From contig JAWOGQ010000093.1 in assembly GCA_046496745.1 (NCBI GenBank), forward strand, positions 1-53,881: 53,881 bases of DNA. The letters run 5' to 3'. The position numbers and the translations under genes were made by a program. This document shows, piece by piece, positions 35,441-43,560 of the stretch (within the stretch, counting starts at the first letter, position 1; the number at the start of each line of letters is the position of its first letter). The notes under the pieces were generated by a model that was not told the DNA's origin, made no database searches, and saw nothing but the letters and a program-made list of their open reading frames with translations. The stretch comes from Candidatus Woesearchaeota archaeon (GTDB lineage: Archaea > Nanobdellota > Nanobdellia > Woesearchaeales > JACJVW01).

Positions 35441-35767
35441 TTATCTCCTTTTCTTCTTAGCTTTCTTAGTACTTTTTTTGGTGGCTTTCTTGGTGGCCTT
35501 TTTGACAGCTTTCTTTTTTGTCTTCTTGGTCTTTTTCTTCCTTCCACCACGGACCATCTTAGCTGATGCAACGTTGCCGTTCTTATCAATATAATAGAGA
35601 TGCCCTTCTTCTTTTTCTACGCCAACCTTTGCAACCACTTCTTTTTTCCTGCTGGTCTTTTTTCCTGCACGAGCCATCTCAACCCTTGAGACATTACCAT
35701 TCTTGTCCAAAAAGTAGAGATAACCAGGCTCTTTCTTGATGCCAGCCTTTGCTACAACTTTTCCCAT
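35441..35767 (-). CDS. Small basic protein with two ~38-aa repeats and a histone-H1-like lysine-rich tail (candidate nucleic-acid-binding protein)
   Basis: MGKVVAKAGIKKEPGYLYFLDKNGNVSRVEMARAGKK / EVVAKVGVEKEEGHLYYIDKNGNVASAKMVRGGRKK, then KTKKTKKKAVKKATKKATKKSTKKAKKKRR. GGTGAT lies 5 nt upstream of the ATG at 35767, and CTATATA lies further upstream. Confidence 0.65.
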   Translation of the reverse strand: MGKVVAKAGIKKEPGYLYFLDKNGNVSRVEMARAGKKTSRKKEVVAKVGVEKEEGHLYYIDKNGNVASAKMVRGGRKKKTKKTKKKAVKKATKKATKKSTKKAKKKRR

Positions 35768-35848
35768 GCACAATCACCTATATAGTTTTTAAGGATTATG
35801 GAGATTCTACTATTTAATTCTTTCGGAGAATACGGACTACTAACTAAA

Positions 35849-35955
35849 TGGGGACGCGGGAATTTGAATCCCGGACACCTAGATCTCTGCTAGTCATTGG
35901 CAGGAGCCTCATCAGATCTTCAGTCTAGTGCTCTCCCAGACTGAGCTACGTCCCC
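35849..35955 (-). tRNA. tRNA-Phe (anticodon GAA) with a 33-nt intron at the canonical 37/38 position
   Basis: Minus strand: GGGGACG TA GCTC AGTCTGGGA GAGC A CTAGA CTGAAG [33-nt intron, plus 35885-35917] A TCTAG GTGTC CGGGA TTCAAAT TCCCG CGTCCCC A. All stems are perfect. G18G19 and the TTCAAAT T loop are canonical, and the discriminator is A. The exact intron boundary is ambiguous by up to 4 nt because ATCT is repeated at both junctions. Confidence 0.9.
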
Positions 35956-35980
35956 TTAAGAAATGAGAAGCGGTGCACCA

Positions 35981-35999
35981 TTTATAAAGTTTTTTGTTG
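35981..35999 (-). promoter_or_regulatory. BRE/TATA promoter of tRNA-Phe; the palindromic TATA may also serve the divergent radical SAM gene
   Basis: Minus strand CAACAAAAAACTTTATAAA. The TATA centre is ~30 nt from the tRNA 5' end at 35955. It is identical to the smc promoter 19-mer. Confidence 0.55.
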
Positions 36000-36074
36000 C
36001 CCTGATTTTGAAGATATTGCTTGCGATATTGCTCAATAATAAGCCTTAAAAAGATACAATTAATCTCAGGATGT

Positions 36075-37223
36075 ATGGAGTTTTCATATGAGAACATTGA
36101 TTTTTCGGATCTTGGCTCAGATATAGAGGCAGTCTTCATGCGAAGATTCTTTTTCACCTTTCCAAAACCTACAGATGCGAAGGTTGAGGATGGAGTGCTT
36201 CATGCTCCGGGAAAGGCTGAAAGAAAGATAGAGAATGCTATTGCAAACGGGCTTTCAAGCCTGAAGGTAAAAGGGTCAGGAAGGCCTGCATTTTTTGTGC
36301 ATGACATGCCATTAATGGGTTCTAATGCATTCGGCCTGATTGATCGTGGGACAAATCTTATCGAACTAAGGCCTATCACTGGCTGCAACCTGGATTGCAT
36401 ATATTGTTCTGTAAACCAGGATAAGAGGACGATGGACTTTGTTGTAGATTGCGATTCTATCATTGAGGAGTTCAGGCGCCTGGTTCGATTCAAGGATACT
36501 GATTGCGAGGCACATATAGGTCCACAGGGAGAACCTCTCCTTTATTCTGATCTACCCAGGCTTGTCAAAGGAGCAAGCGAGGTCGCCAGGGTCTCAATGG
36601 ATACGAATGCAACGCTTCTGACCAAAAGAAAGGTTGATGAGCTGGTGTCCTGCGGATTGGACCAGTTCAATGTAAGCATTGATGCTGTTACTCAGGAAAA
36701 GGCAGAAAAACTTGCAGGGTGCCCATACAAGATTTCGCATGTGATGGAGATGATAAGATATATCTCAGAGAAAGCTGAGCTTGTGATTGCGCCTATTCTT
36801 GTTCCGGGGTTCAATGAACCTGATATGGAAGAGCTTGTGAAACTTGCAAAGAAGCTGGGGGCAAGGATAGGGATCCAGAATTTCCTCTCTTACAAGCATG
36901 GAAAGAATCCTGCGAAGCCATGGGAATTTGAAAGATTCTATAAGCATCTTGAAAACCTTGAAAAAAGATATGACATGAAACTCATAATGGGCCCTGAGGA
37001 TTTTGGGATCCATCCAGCACCGAGTTATGATACACCTTTCAAGAAGGGGGATATCATAGAGGTGCAGATTGTAGCGGAAGGAAGGCTTCCAAAGGAGAAG
37101 ATAGGTGTCTGTAAGGGCTGGCTTGTCACAGTAGTCCCTTATGATGGGACCGGAAGGGTAAAGGCGCGTGTGACAAGAACGAAGCATAATGTTTTTTACG
37201 CAGAGCCAAGGAATTCCAGATGA
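36075..37223 (+). CDS. Radical SAM protein with a C-terminal TRAM/OB-like domain
   Basis: CxxxCxxC cluster motif (ITGCNLDCIYCSVNQ), GEPLLY, and a C-terminal beta-rich segment (FKKGDIIEVQIVAEGRLPKEKIGVCKGWLVTVVPYDGTGRVKARVTRTKHNVFYAEP). The start is uncertain: TTG 36021, ATG 36075 or ATG 36138. Confidence 0.8.
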   Translation: MEFSYENIDFSDLGSDIEAVFMRRFFFTFPKPTDAKVEDGVLHAPGKAERKIENAIANGLSSLKVKGSGRPAFFVHDMPLMGSNAFGLIDRGTNLIELRPITGCNLDCIYCSVNQDKRTMDFVVDCDSIIEEFRRLVRFKDTDCEAHIGPQGEPLLYSDLPRLVKGASEVARVSMDTNATLLTKRKVDELVSCGLDQFNVSIDAVTQEKAEKLAGCPYKISHVMEMIRYISEKAELVIAPILVPGFNEPDMEELVKLAKKLGARIGIQNFLSYKHGKNPAKPWEFERFYKHLENLEKRYDMKLIMGPEDFGIHPAPSYDTPFKKGDIIEVQIVAEGRLPKEKIGVCKGWLVTVVPYDGTGRVKARVTRTKHNVFYAEPRNSR

Positions 37224-37297
37224 GTTGAATCTTTTTCAAAAGTTTCCGGCTAAGTGTTATTAAGCGACTGTTTCTCACCTAGTAAGAGGTGATATTG

Positions 37298-38428
37298 ATG
37301 AAATATTTATTTTTACTTTTGATACCTTTTATGGTGCAGATAGTTTCAGCAGAGGTATTTATCTCTGCAGTGAATTATAACCCCTCTGGCGCTGACGATG
37401 GATATGAGTGGATCGAGATATACAATGATGGAGATGGCGTTTGGCTTGATAACTATAGCATTGAAATGGGAAACGGCATAATGGCGGATGAGTGGCATAC
37501 TGAATGGGAGGGTTCAGAATGGATAGGAGAAGGAGAATATCTTGTAATAGGAGAAGAAGAGGTGATTCCTGAGCCAGACGTGATAAAAAGCCTTGACCTG
37601 CAGAATGGGCCGGATGCAATAAGGCTTACAAATGAAGACCGGGTCCAGGTTGTTGGATGGGGGGAACACGAATTCAGTGAATATTATGAAGGAGACCCTG
37701 CGCCTAAAGGTGAAGGGCCTTTGGTAAGAGAAGGCAATACAGGCAATAATGAAGAGGATTTCTCTTATAGGGAATACCTTCCGCACTCAAGGCTTAGCCA
37801 GAGCATAGGGCTTAGCATAAAAAGGGACAGAGTTGAGATTATAAACATAAGCATGGAGGATGACATCCCAGGAGAGGGCATCCAGATTTCACCTTTGCCA
37901 GGAAAAACACGCCAGGTGAAGATAGATTTCATCGTGACTAATTGCAATGGGACCAGTGTCTACACAGTGCCTGAGACAGAACTAAGCAATGAGAGTTGTG
38001 AGTTTGAGGCTCGCCTGGCAGTGCCTTATTCAAAGCCACCAGGTGAATACTTACTGGAGATACATGCAGAGAATGAGGAGATGCAAGCGAATGCAACCTT
38101 AAGATATGAGGTGCTAAGCCTGCGGGCTTTTGAGATAGACACTGATTTTCTTGAGTTTTCTGATGAAATAAGAGGAGACAGTGACTTTTCAACTGATATG
38201 AGGCCTACAATAAAGAATGCAGGAAATGTAGAGATAGAAATATCATTGATTACAACTGGTATTACTATTGAAGACCTTGATTACAAGGTAGAGGGTTATG
38301 ATTGGTTCTCACTTGCAGAACAGCACCAGTTCCCGCTTGATGTGGGGGAATCATTCGGCATTAGCCTAAGGGTTGGTGAGAACCTGACAGGAAGGCATGA
38401 TGGGGAGTTGATGGTGATTGCGGAATGA
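37298..38428 (+). CDS. Secreted lamin-tail-domain (LTD) protein with Ig-like C-terminal region
   Basis: Signal peptide MKYLFLLLIPFMVQIVSAEV. LTD signature FISAVNYNPSGADDGYEWIEIYNDGDGVWLDNYSI...GPDAIRL. GAGGTGA lies 6 nt upstream of the ATG at 37298. Confidence 0.75.
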   Translation: MKYLFLLLIPFMVQIVSAEVFISAVNYNPSGADDGYEWIEIYNDGDGVWLDNYSIEMGNGIMADEWHTEWEGSEWIGEGEYLVIGEEEVIPEPDVIKSLDLQNGPDAIRLTNEDRVQVVGWGEHEFSEYYEGDPAPKGEGPLVREGNTGNNEEDFSYREYLPHSRLSQSIGLSIKRDRVEIINISMEDDIPGEGIQISPLPGKTRQVKIDFIVTNCNGTSVYTVPETELSNESCEFEARLAVPYSKPPGEYLLEIHAENEEMQANATLRYEVLSLRAFEIDTDFLEFSDEIRGDSDFSTDMRPTIKNAGNVEIEISLITTGITIEDLDYKVEGYDWFSLAEQHQFPLDVGESFGISLRVGENLTGRHDGELMVIAE

Positions 38429-38817
38429 GGATCATTATCCTTATTCTTCTAGTAGGGATGGCCCACGGGATAGGACTGGGGATATCCCCCAGCCACCTTT
38501 ATTTCAACAATTCCTATGAGGCACAGCATGTCATACTGCATAATCCCAACCCATGGCCTGTCCAGGTTAATTCAAGCCTTGCGAATACAGAGATTGAACC
38601 CTTCGGAAAGAAGATAATAAGAATCAGCGGCATAACTGATGATGCAAGATTCCAGGTTACTGCCAGACACGGGGATGTGACCATGCAGGCACCAATCTAT
38701 ATAGAAAGTGCAGATTATCCCGGAAAACCTGTTCCCTGGAAGATGATGGTTGCAGGGAGTATCTTTCTTTGTGGAGCAGGGATAGCCTGTGGAAGATTAC
38801 TATCAAGGAATAGTTAA
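38425..38817 (+). CDS. Small secreted beta-sandwich-like protein with a C-terminal TM anchor
   Basis: Signal MRIIILILLVGMAHG, then GISPSHLYFNN...VILHNPNPWPVQV, and a C-terminal TM helix MMVAGSIFLCGAGIACG. The ATG overlaps the LTD gene's stop (ATGA). Confidence 0.6.
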   Translation: MRIIILILLVGMAHGIGLGISPSHLYFNNSYEAQHVILHNPNPWPVQVNSSLANTEIEPFGKKIIRISGITDDARFQVTARHGDVTMQAPIYIESADYPGKPVPWKMMVAGSIFLCGAGIACGRLLSRNS

Positions 38818-38862
38818 AAACATATAAAAAGGGACAAACCATGAAAATAGCCTGGGGTAGGT

Positions 38863-39672
38863 ATGGAATTTAATGTACGTAAAAAAGAGTCTCATTTTCA
38901 CAAGAATTATGATCAGGACGAACTTAAGATAGCAAGAGATTTTACACGCAAATTATATGAGGAACTTGGAGAGTTTGTCAAATCTGTTGTCCTTTTCGGA
39001 AGCCATGCGAAAAAATTCCATGGAGAGCAAGGAGGAAGCAAGAAAAGCGATATAGATATCCTTGTTATCATAAATGACTTAACACTGGAAATAACAAAGG
39101 AGAGTTCTGAAGCATACCACCTGATAACGCAAAAGCATGCAAACGAGATATCGGATAAACTGCATGTCACAACACTTGCTTTCACAAACTTCTGGGACCT
39201 TGTCAGGAATGGGGACCCTATTGTAATCAACATCCTGAGGGATGGATTTCCCATAATCGATACAGGGGTATTCGAGCCTCTGCAGACCTTGCTTTACCAG
39301 GGACGCATAAGGCCTAGCTGGGAGTCTGTATGGGCTTATTATTCAAGGGCTCCACAGACCCTGCATAATGCACAATGGCATATAATGCAGGGAGTACTTG
39401 ACCTTTACTGGGCAGCCCTTGATTCAGCGCATGCTGCCCTCATGACAAATGGAGAGATACCTCCAAGCCCTTCTCATGTGGGTGATCTGCTGGAGAAGCT
39501 TTACAGGAAAGGAAAAATACAGCAGAAATATGTATCAATATTCCGCAACCTTTACCACCTGGCAAAACACATAAAGCGAAGGGAGATACATACAATCTCA
39601 GGGACAGATTATGACAAGCATTACAAGGATGCAAAGGATTTTGTTGATACCATGAGAAAACTGATAAAATGA
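38863..39672 (+). CDS. KNTase/MNT-like nucleotidyltransferase with a C-terminal HEPN-like helical domain
   Basis: NTase motif VVLFGSHAKK..x..SDIDILVIIND (GS..DxD). The C-terminal ~120 aa are helical. I cannot find a clean R-x4-6-H HEPN catalytic motif. Confidence 0.7.
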   Translation: MEFNVRKKESHFHKNYDQDELKIARDFTRKLYEELGEFVKSVVLFGSHAKKFHGEQGGSKKSDIDILVIINDLTLEITKESSEAYHLITQKHANEISDKLHVTTLAFTNFWDLVRNGDPIVINILRDGFPIIDTGVFEPLQTLLYQGRIRPSWESVWAYYSRAPQTLHNAQWHIMQGVLDLYWAALDSAHAALMTNGEIPPSPSHVGDLLEKLYRKGKIQQKYVSIFRNLYHLAKHIKRREIHTISGTDYDKHYKDAKDFVDTMRKLIK

Positions 39673-40982
39673 TTGTTGAGTTAGTTGTTGGAGGCGCGCT
39701 TGTTGCAATAACCGGGGTTGCATACAATGAATTCTTGTTCAGGCGCAAGCATGCAGCAATGAACAACGTCCTTTCACAGATGAGCCAGGAGATTGTGCTC
39801 CTGGAAGAGATAGACAGTTTTTCTGCAAAGATCAAAAACATAATCATAAAGCATATGGATGCTATAAATGTCTCGATCATACTATACAGTGATGAGAAAT
39901 CAGCATATCGCTTCATGAACCCTGAAGATATGCAGAAAGGGATAACCAACTTTGATCAATACAAGCTGTTCTATCTTTACCTTGAAACCCATGGAAAAAC
40001 AATCCACAAGAGAATATTAAGAGATAAAAAGCTTGACGAGGCAACGGTTGCAGCAGCACAGAAATATTTCCAGGATACTGATGCAGAGGTATGCGTGCCC
40101 CTTATCTTCGAAAGGCGATTGATCGGGGTCATCAATCTTGAGAAAAGAAAGAATCATAAGCGTTATACTCATTTTGATATTGAGCTTCTTGAAAGGATAA
40201 AGAATTCAATCACAGTCGGATTCACGAATTCGCTCTTATTCGCGAAGATGTCGAAACTTTTCGAGGAGGAAGAGGAACAGAACAGGGAACTCAAGGAACT
40301 TGCAAAGGCAAAATCTGCATTTATCGCAAACATAAGCCATGAACTAAGAACACCGCTTGTTGCTGCAAGGGGATATACTGAATACATCTTATCTGAAAAA
40401 TTCGGAAAGCTTACCCAGAAACAGAAAAAAGGCCTGGAGATATCTTTCAACAACCTGACACGACTGCAGAACCTTATAAATTCTCTTTTGCTATACACGC
40501 AGATACAGGCTGGAAAAGTGCATGTAAACTATGAGAATATCAACCTTTCCTATCTTATCAATGAATGCATTGAAGAGCAAAAACTGATTGCTGAAAAGAA
40601 AGGCCTTGAGCTTTCCTATAGCGGGCCTAAGATAGTGAATGTCGAGGTTGATTTTGACAAGATAAAGCAGGTATTCCTGAACCTTATAGCGAATGCAATC
40701 AAATTTACTGAAAAAGGAAAAGTGCATATAAATGTGGAAACCAAAGACAAGAAAGTTATCGTCAGGGTAAGTGACACAGGAATAGGGATCCCAAAAGAGA
40801 GGATTGATTATATCTTTGACAGGTTCACACAAGTTGACGAGTCAGTTGAAAGAAGATACGGCGGGACAGGACTTGGACTGTCAATAGTGAAGTCTATACT
40901 GGAGATGCATGGGTCCAAGATAAGTGTTGAAAGCAAGCTTGAGGAAGGCACTACATTCTATTTCGAACTTGACCAAAAGTGA
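39669..40982 (+). CDS. Sensor histidine kinase (TM + GAF-like + HisKA + HATPase_c)
   Basis: H box FIANISHELRTPL, N box LIANAIKFT, G1 DTGIGI and G2 GGTGLGLSIVKS. It has an N-terminal TM helix. The ATG overlaps the upstream stop (ATGA). No response regulator lies within the window. Confidence 0.85.
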   Translation: MIVELVVGGALVAITGVAYNEFLFRRKHAAMNNVLSQMSQEIVLLEEIDSFSAKIKNIIIKHMDAINVSIILYSDEKSAYRFMNPEDMQKGITNFDQYKLFYLYLETHGKTIHKRILRDKKLDEATVAAAQKYFQDTDAEVCVPLIFERRLIGVINLEKRKNHKRYTHFDIELLERIKNSITVGFTNSLLFAKMSKLFEEEEEQNRELKELAKAKSAFIANISHELRTPLVAARGYTEYILSEKFGKLTQKQKKGLEISFNNLTRLQNLINSLLLYTQIQAGKVHVNYENINLSYLINECIEEQKLIAEKKGLELSYSGPKIVNVEVDFDKIKQVFLNLIANAIKFTEKGKVHINVETKDKKVIVRVSDTGIGIPKERIDYIFDRFTQVDESVERRYGGTGLGLSIVKSILEMHGSKISVESKLEEGTTFYFELDQK

Positions 40983-41010
40983 TATAAATACCTCTGGATT
41001 TTATAGTCCT

Positions 41011-42792
41011 ATGATTTGCGGTATTGAGATACATCAGCAGCTTGAGGGGAAAAAACTTTTCTGTGATTGCCCTACAAGGATAGTTGAGGATGACTTGTAT
41101 GATTATGAGGTCATGAGAACTCTTCGTGCAGTGAGTGGAGAGACTGGTTCTGTTGATATCGCAGCACAGCAGGAGATGGCAAAGAAAAAACACTTTGTAT
41201 ACAGGGCTGAGAAAAATACGTCCTGCCTTGTAGAACTTGATGAAGAACCACCTCATCCTATAAACCAGGAGGCTGTGAAGACCTGTCTCCAGGTAAGTGA
41301 ACTTTTGAATGCGCGGGTGGTGGATGAGATACAGGTCATGAGAAAGACTGTCGTGAATGGTTCCAATACCACAGGATTCCAGAGAACAGCTCTAGTCGCA
41401 CAGAATGGGGTTATCCAGACCAAAGAAGGGAATGTTGGTATAGAGACATTATGCCTTGAAGAGGATGCATGCAAAGAAATTGCGCAGGCAAATGATCATG
41501 TAGTCTATAATCTGTCCAGATTGGGAATACCTCTTATAGAGATTGCAACTGCTCCTGATATAAGGTCACCTGAACAGTGCAGGGAATGCGCTGAAAAGAT
41601 AGGAATGATCCTTAGATCAACAAGCAGGGTCAAACGAGGGCTTGGAACCATTAGGCAGGACATCAATATATCCACCAATGGCGGGAACCGTATAGAGATA
41701 AAAGGTGCGCAGGACCTTAAGATGATCCCTACTCTCGTGGAGAACGAAGTGAAACGCCAGGAAACCCTTACTGCTCTGCGTGATGAACTCGGAGAATTCA
41801 CAATAGATGAGAAGATCCATGATGTGACCAAGATCTTTACAAACAGTGAGTCAAAGGTCATAAAGAAAGCCCTGAAAAAAGGAGTCGTACTTGCAATCAA
41901 AGTTTCAGGTTTCGTAGGTCTCCTTGGAAAAGAAGTGCAACCAGGACGCAGGGTCGGAACTGAGATAAGTGATTATGCTAAGATCCGTGCAGGTGTGGGA
42001 GGACTTTTCCATTCTGATGAGCTTCCAAAGTATGGAATAACACAAGAGGATGTTTCAGCGGTAAGAAAAAAGGTATCGTGCAAGAAGAATGATGCATTCA
42101 TCCTTGTTGCTGATATTTCTGAACGGGCACAAACTGCCCTTGAAGCGGCAATCGACAGGATAAAATTCTTCAAGGAAGGAGTAATAAAAGAGGTCAGAAA
42201 GGCTAATCCTGACGGAACAACCAGTTACCTGCGACCTATACCTGGTGCTGACAGGATGTATCCTGAGACAGATGTGCTTCCAATAAAACCTTCTTTGTTA
42301 TCATTCGAGCAGGTCGAGCTTCTTGATGACAAGGCAAAACGTTTCGAGAAGGAATTTGGTCTTGGGGAAGATCTTGCAAAGGCTATAACAAGGTCTGATC
42401 TTCTTTGTGCATTTGAAAAACTGGTTGCAAAGACCAGCCAGAAACCAGCTTACATCGCAGAGATACTGGTTTCAATGCCCCGGGAACTCAGAAGGAATGA
42501 AGGAGAAATGAATCTTGGGGAACTTGATTTCGAAGAGATAATAGGTCATGTTGATTCAGGTAAGATCCCAAAGTCATCAGTCTATGATGCATTGGTTGCA
42601 AAACAGAATGATACATTCTCACTTGCTGATTTCAAGACAGTTGATGACTCTGAACTTGAGGAAGCTGTCAGGGAGATAGTGGGTGAACTAAAGGGGAAAC
42701 CTTTCGGAGCAGTCATGGGAGAAGTGATGAAGCGTTTCGGCGGCAAAGTTGATGGCAAGAAAGCCAGTGAAGTTATAAAAAGATACTTATGA
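41011..42792 (+). CDS. gatE: Glutamyl-tRNA(Gln) amidotransferase subunit E (archaeal GatE)
   Basis: MICGIEIHQQLEGKKLFCDCPT.. is the GatE/GatB N-terminal signature, with a GatE-specific insertion and a C-terminal YqeY-like tail. I chose the ATG at 41011 because ATATAAATA lies ~20 nt upstream and the track start at 40924 would overlap the kinase. Confidence 0.9.
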   Translation: MICGIEIHQQLEGKKLFCDCPTRIVEDDLYDYEVMRTLRAVSGETGSVDIAAQQEMAKKKHFVYRAEKNTSCLVELDEEPPHPINQEAVKTCLQVSELLNARVVDEIQVMRKTVVNGSNTTGFQRTALVAQNGVIQTKEGNVGIETLCLEEDACKEIAQANDHVVYNLSRLGIPLIEIATAPDIRSPEQCRECAEKIGMILRSTSRVKRGLGTIRQDINISTNGGNRIEIKGAQDLKMIPTLVENEVKRQETLTALRDELGEFTIDEKIHDVTKIFTNSESKVIKKALKKGVVLAIKVSGFVGLLGKEVQPGRRVGTEISDYAKIRAGVGGLFHSDELPKYGITQEDVSAVRKKVSCKKNDAFILVADISERAQTALEAAIDRIKFFKEGVIKEVRKANPDGTTSYLRPIPGADRMYPETDVLPIKPSLLSFEQVELLDDKAKRFEKEFGLGEDLAKAITRSDLLCAFEKLVAKTSQKPAYIAEILVSMPRELRRNEGEMNLGELDFEEIIGHVDSGKIPKSSVYDALVAKQNDTFSLADFKTVDDSELEEAVREIVGELKGKPFGAVMGEVMKRFGGKVDGKKASEVIKRYL

Positions 42793-43559
42793 TATCTGAA
42801 TTCTGCAAGGATATTGAAAGAAAACACAATGTGCGTATATTGTTTGCTGTCGAGAACGGAAGCAGGGCATGGCGCATGCATAGCGAGGACAGTGATTATG
42901 ATGTCAGGTTCGTATTTGTAAGGCCTCTTCGTGAGTATATACAGATCAACAAGCCTGGAGAAGTGATATCTGCGGCATTTGACAAGGAGGGTAAACCTTG
43001 TGCGGTTGAAGGTTCCTTTATTGACATGTCAGGATTTGATATCTTCAAGTACGTAAAGATGCTCTCTTCATCTAACCCTACCTCAATCGAATGGCTGATT
43101 AGTGATATTGTATATTACGGGAAACAAAACGAGGTATTCAGGGATTTTGCGCTCAAGAATTTCAACCCGGTCTCACTGTATCATCATTATAAATCAATGT
43201 GCAAGAATAATTATCTCAAGTACCTGAAATCAGGGGATTATGTGACCTACAAGAAGTATCTTTATTCCTACAGGGGACTTATCAACGCAAAGTGGGTCAT
43301 CAACAAAGGGACTGTGCCACCGATCATATTCTCTGAGGCATTGGGTGCTATGGAGGGAATCATCCCAGACCACATCATAAGGCGGCTTTATGAGATAATC
43401 GATCTGAAATCACAGGGAAAAGAGAAAGACATAATACAAAACATTGTTGAGATGGATTCATATATTGAAGAGTTCCTCAAGGATAATGAAACACCAGCCA
43501 AGTCCCACGCAACCCTCAATGAGCTGAATGAGGAACTACGAAGGATTGTGCTGGAATAA
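42789..43559 (+). CDS. Predicted nucleotidyltransferase (Pol-beta superfamily, RlaP/COG3541-like)
   Basis: ILFAVENGSRAWRMHSEDSDYDVRFVFVRP (GS..DxD) plus a helical C-terminal domain. The ATG overlaps the gatE stop (ATGA). Confidence 0.65.
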   Translation: MISEFCKDIERKHNVRILFAVENGSRAWRMHSEDSDYDVRFVFVRPLREYIQINKPGEVISAAFDKEGKPCAVEGSFIDMSGFDIFKYVKMLSSSNPTSIEWLISDIVYYGKQNEVFRDFALKNFNPVSLYHHYKSMCKNNYLKYLKSGDYVTYKKYLYSYRGLINAKWVINKGTVPPIIFSEALGAMEGIIPDHIIRRLYEIIDLKSQGKEKDIIQNIVEMDSYIEEFLKDNETPAKSHATLNELNEELRRIVLE

Positions 43560-43560
43560 T

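Noticed and set aside
36021-36074. TTG start at 36021 for the radical SAM gene
   Set aside because: The extra 18 residues (MRYCSIISLKKIQLISGC) look non-coding, so the ATG at 36075 is preferred. The true start remains uncertain.
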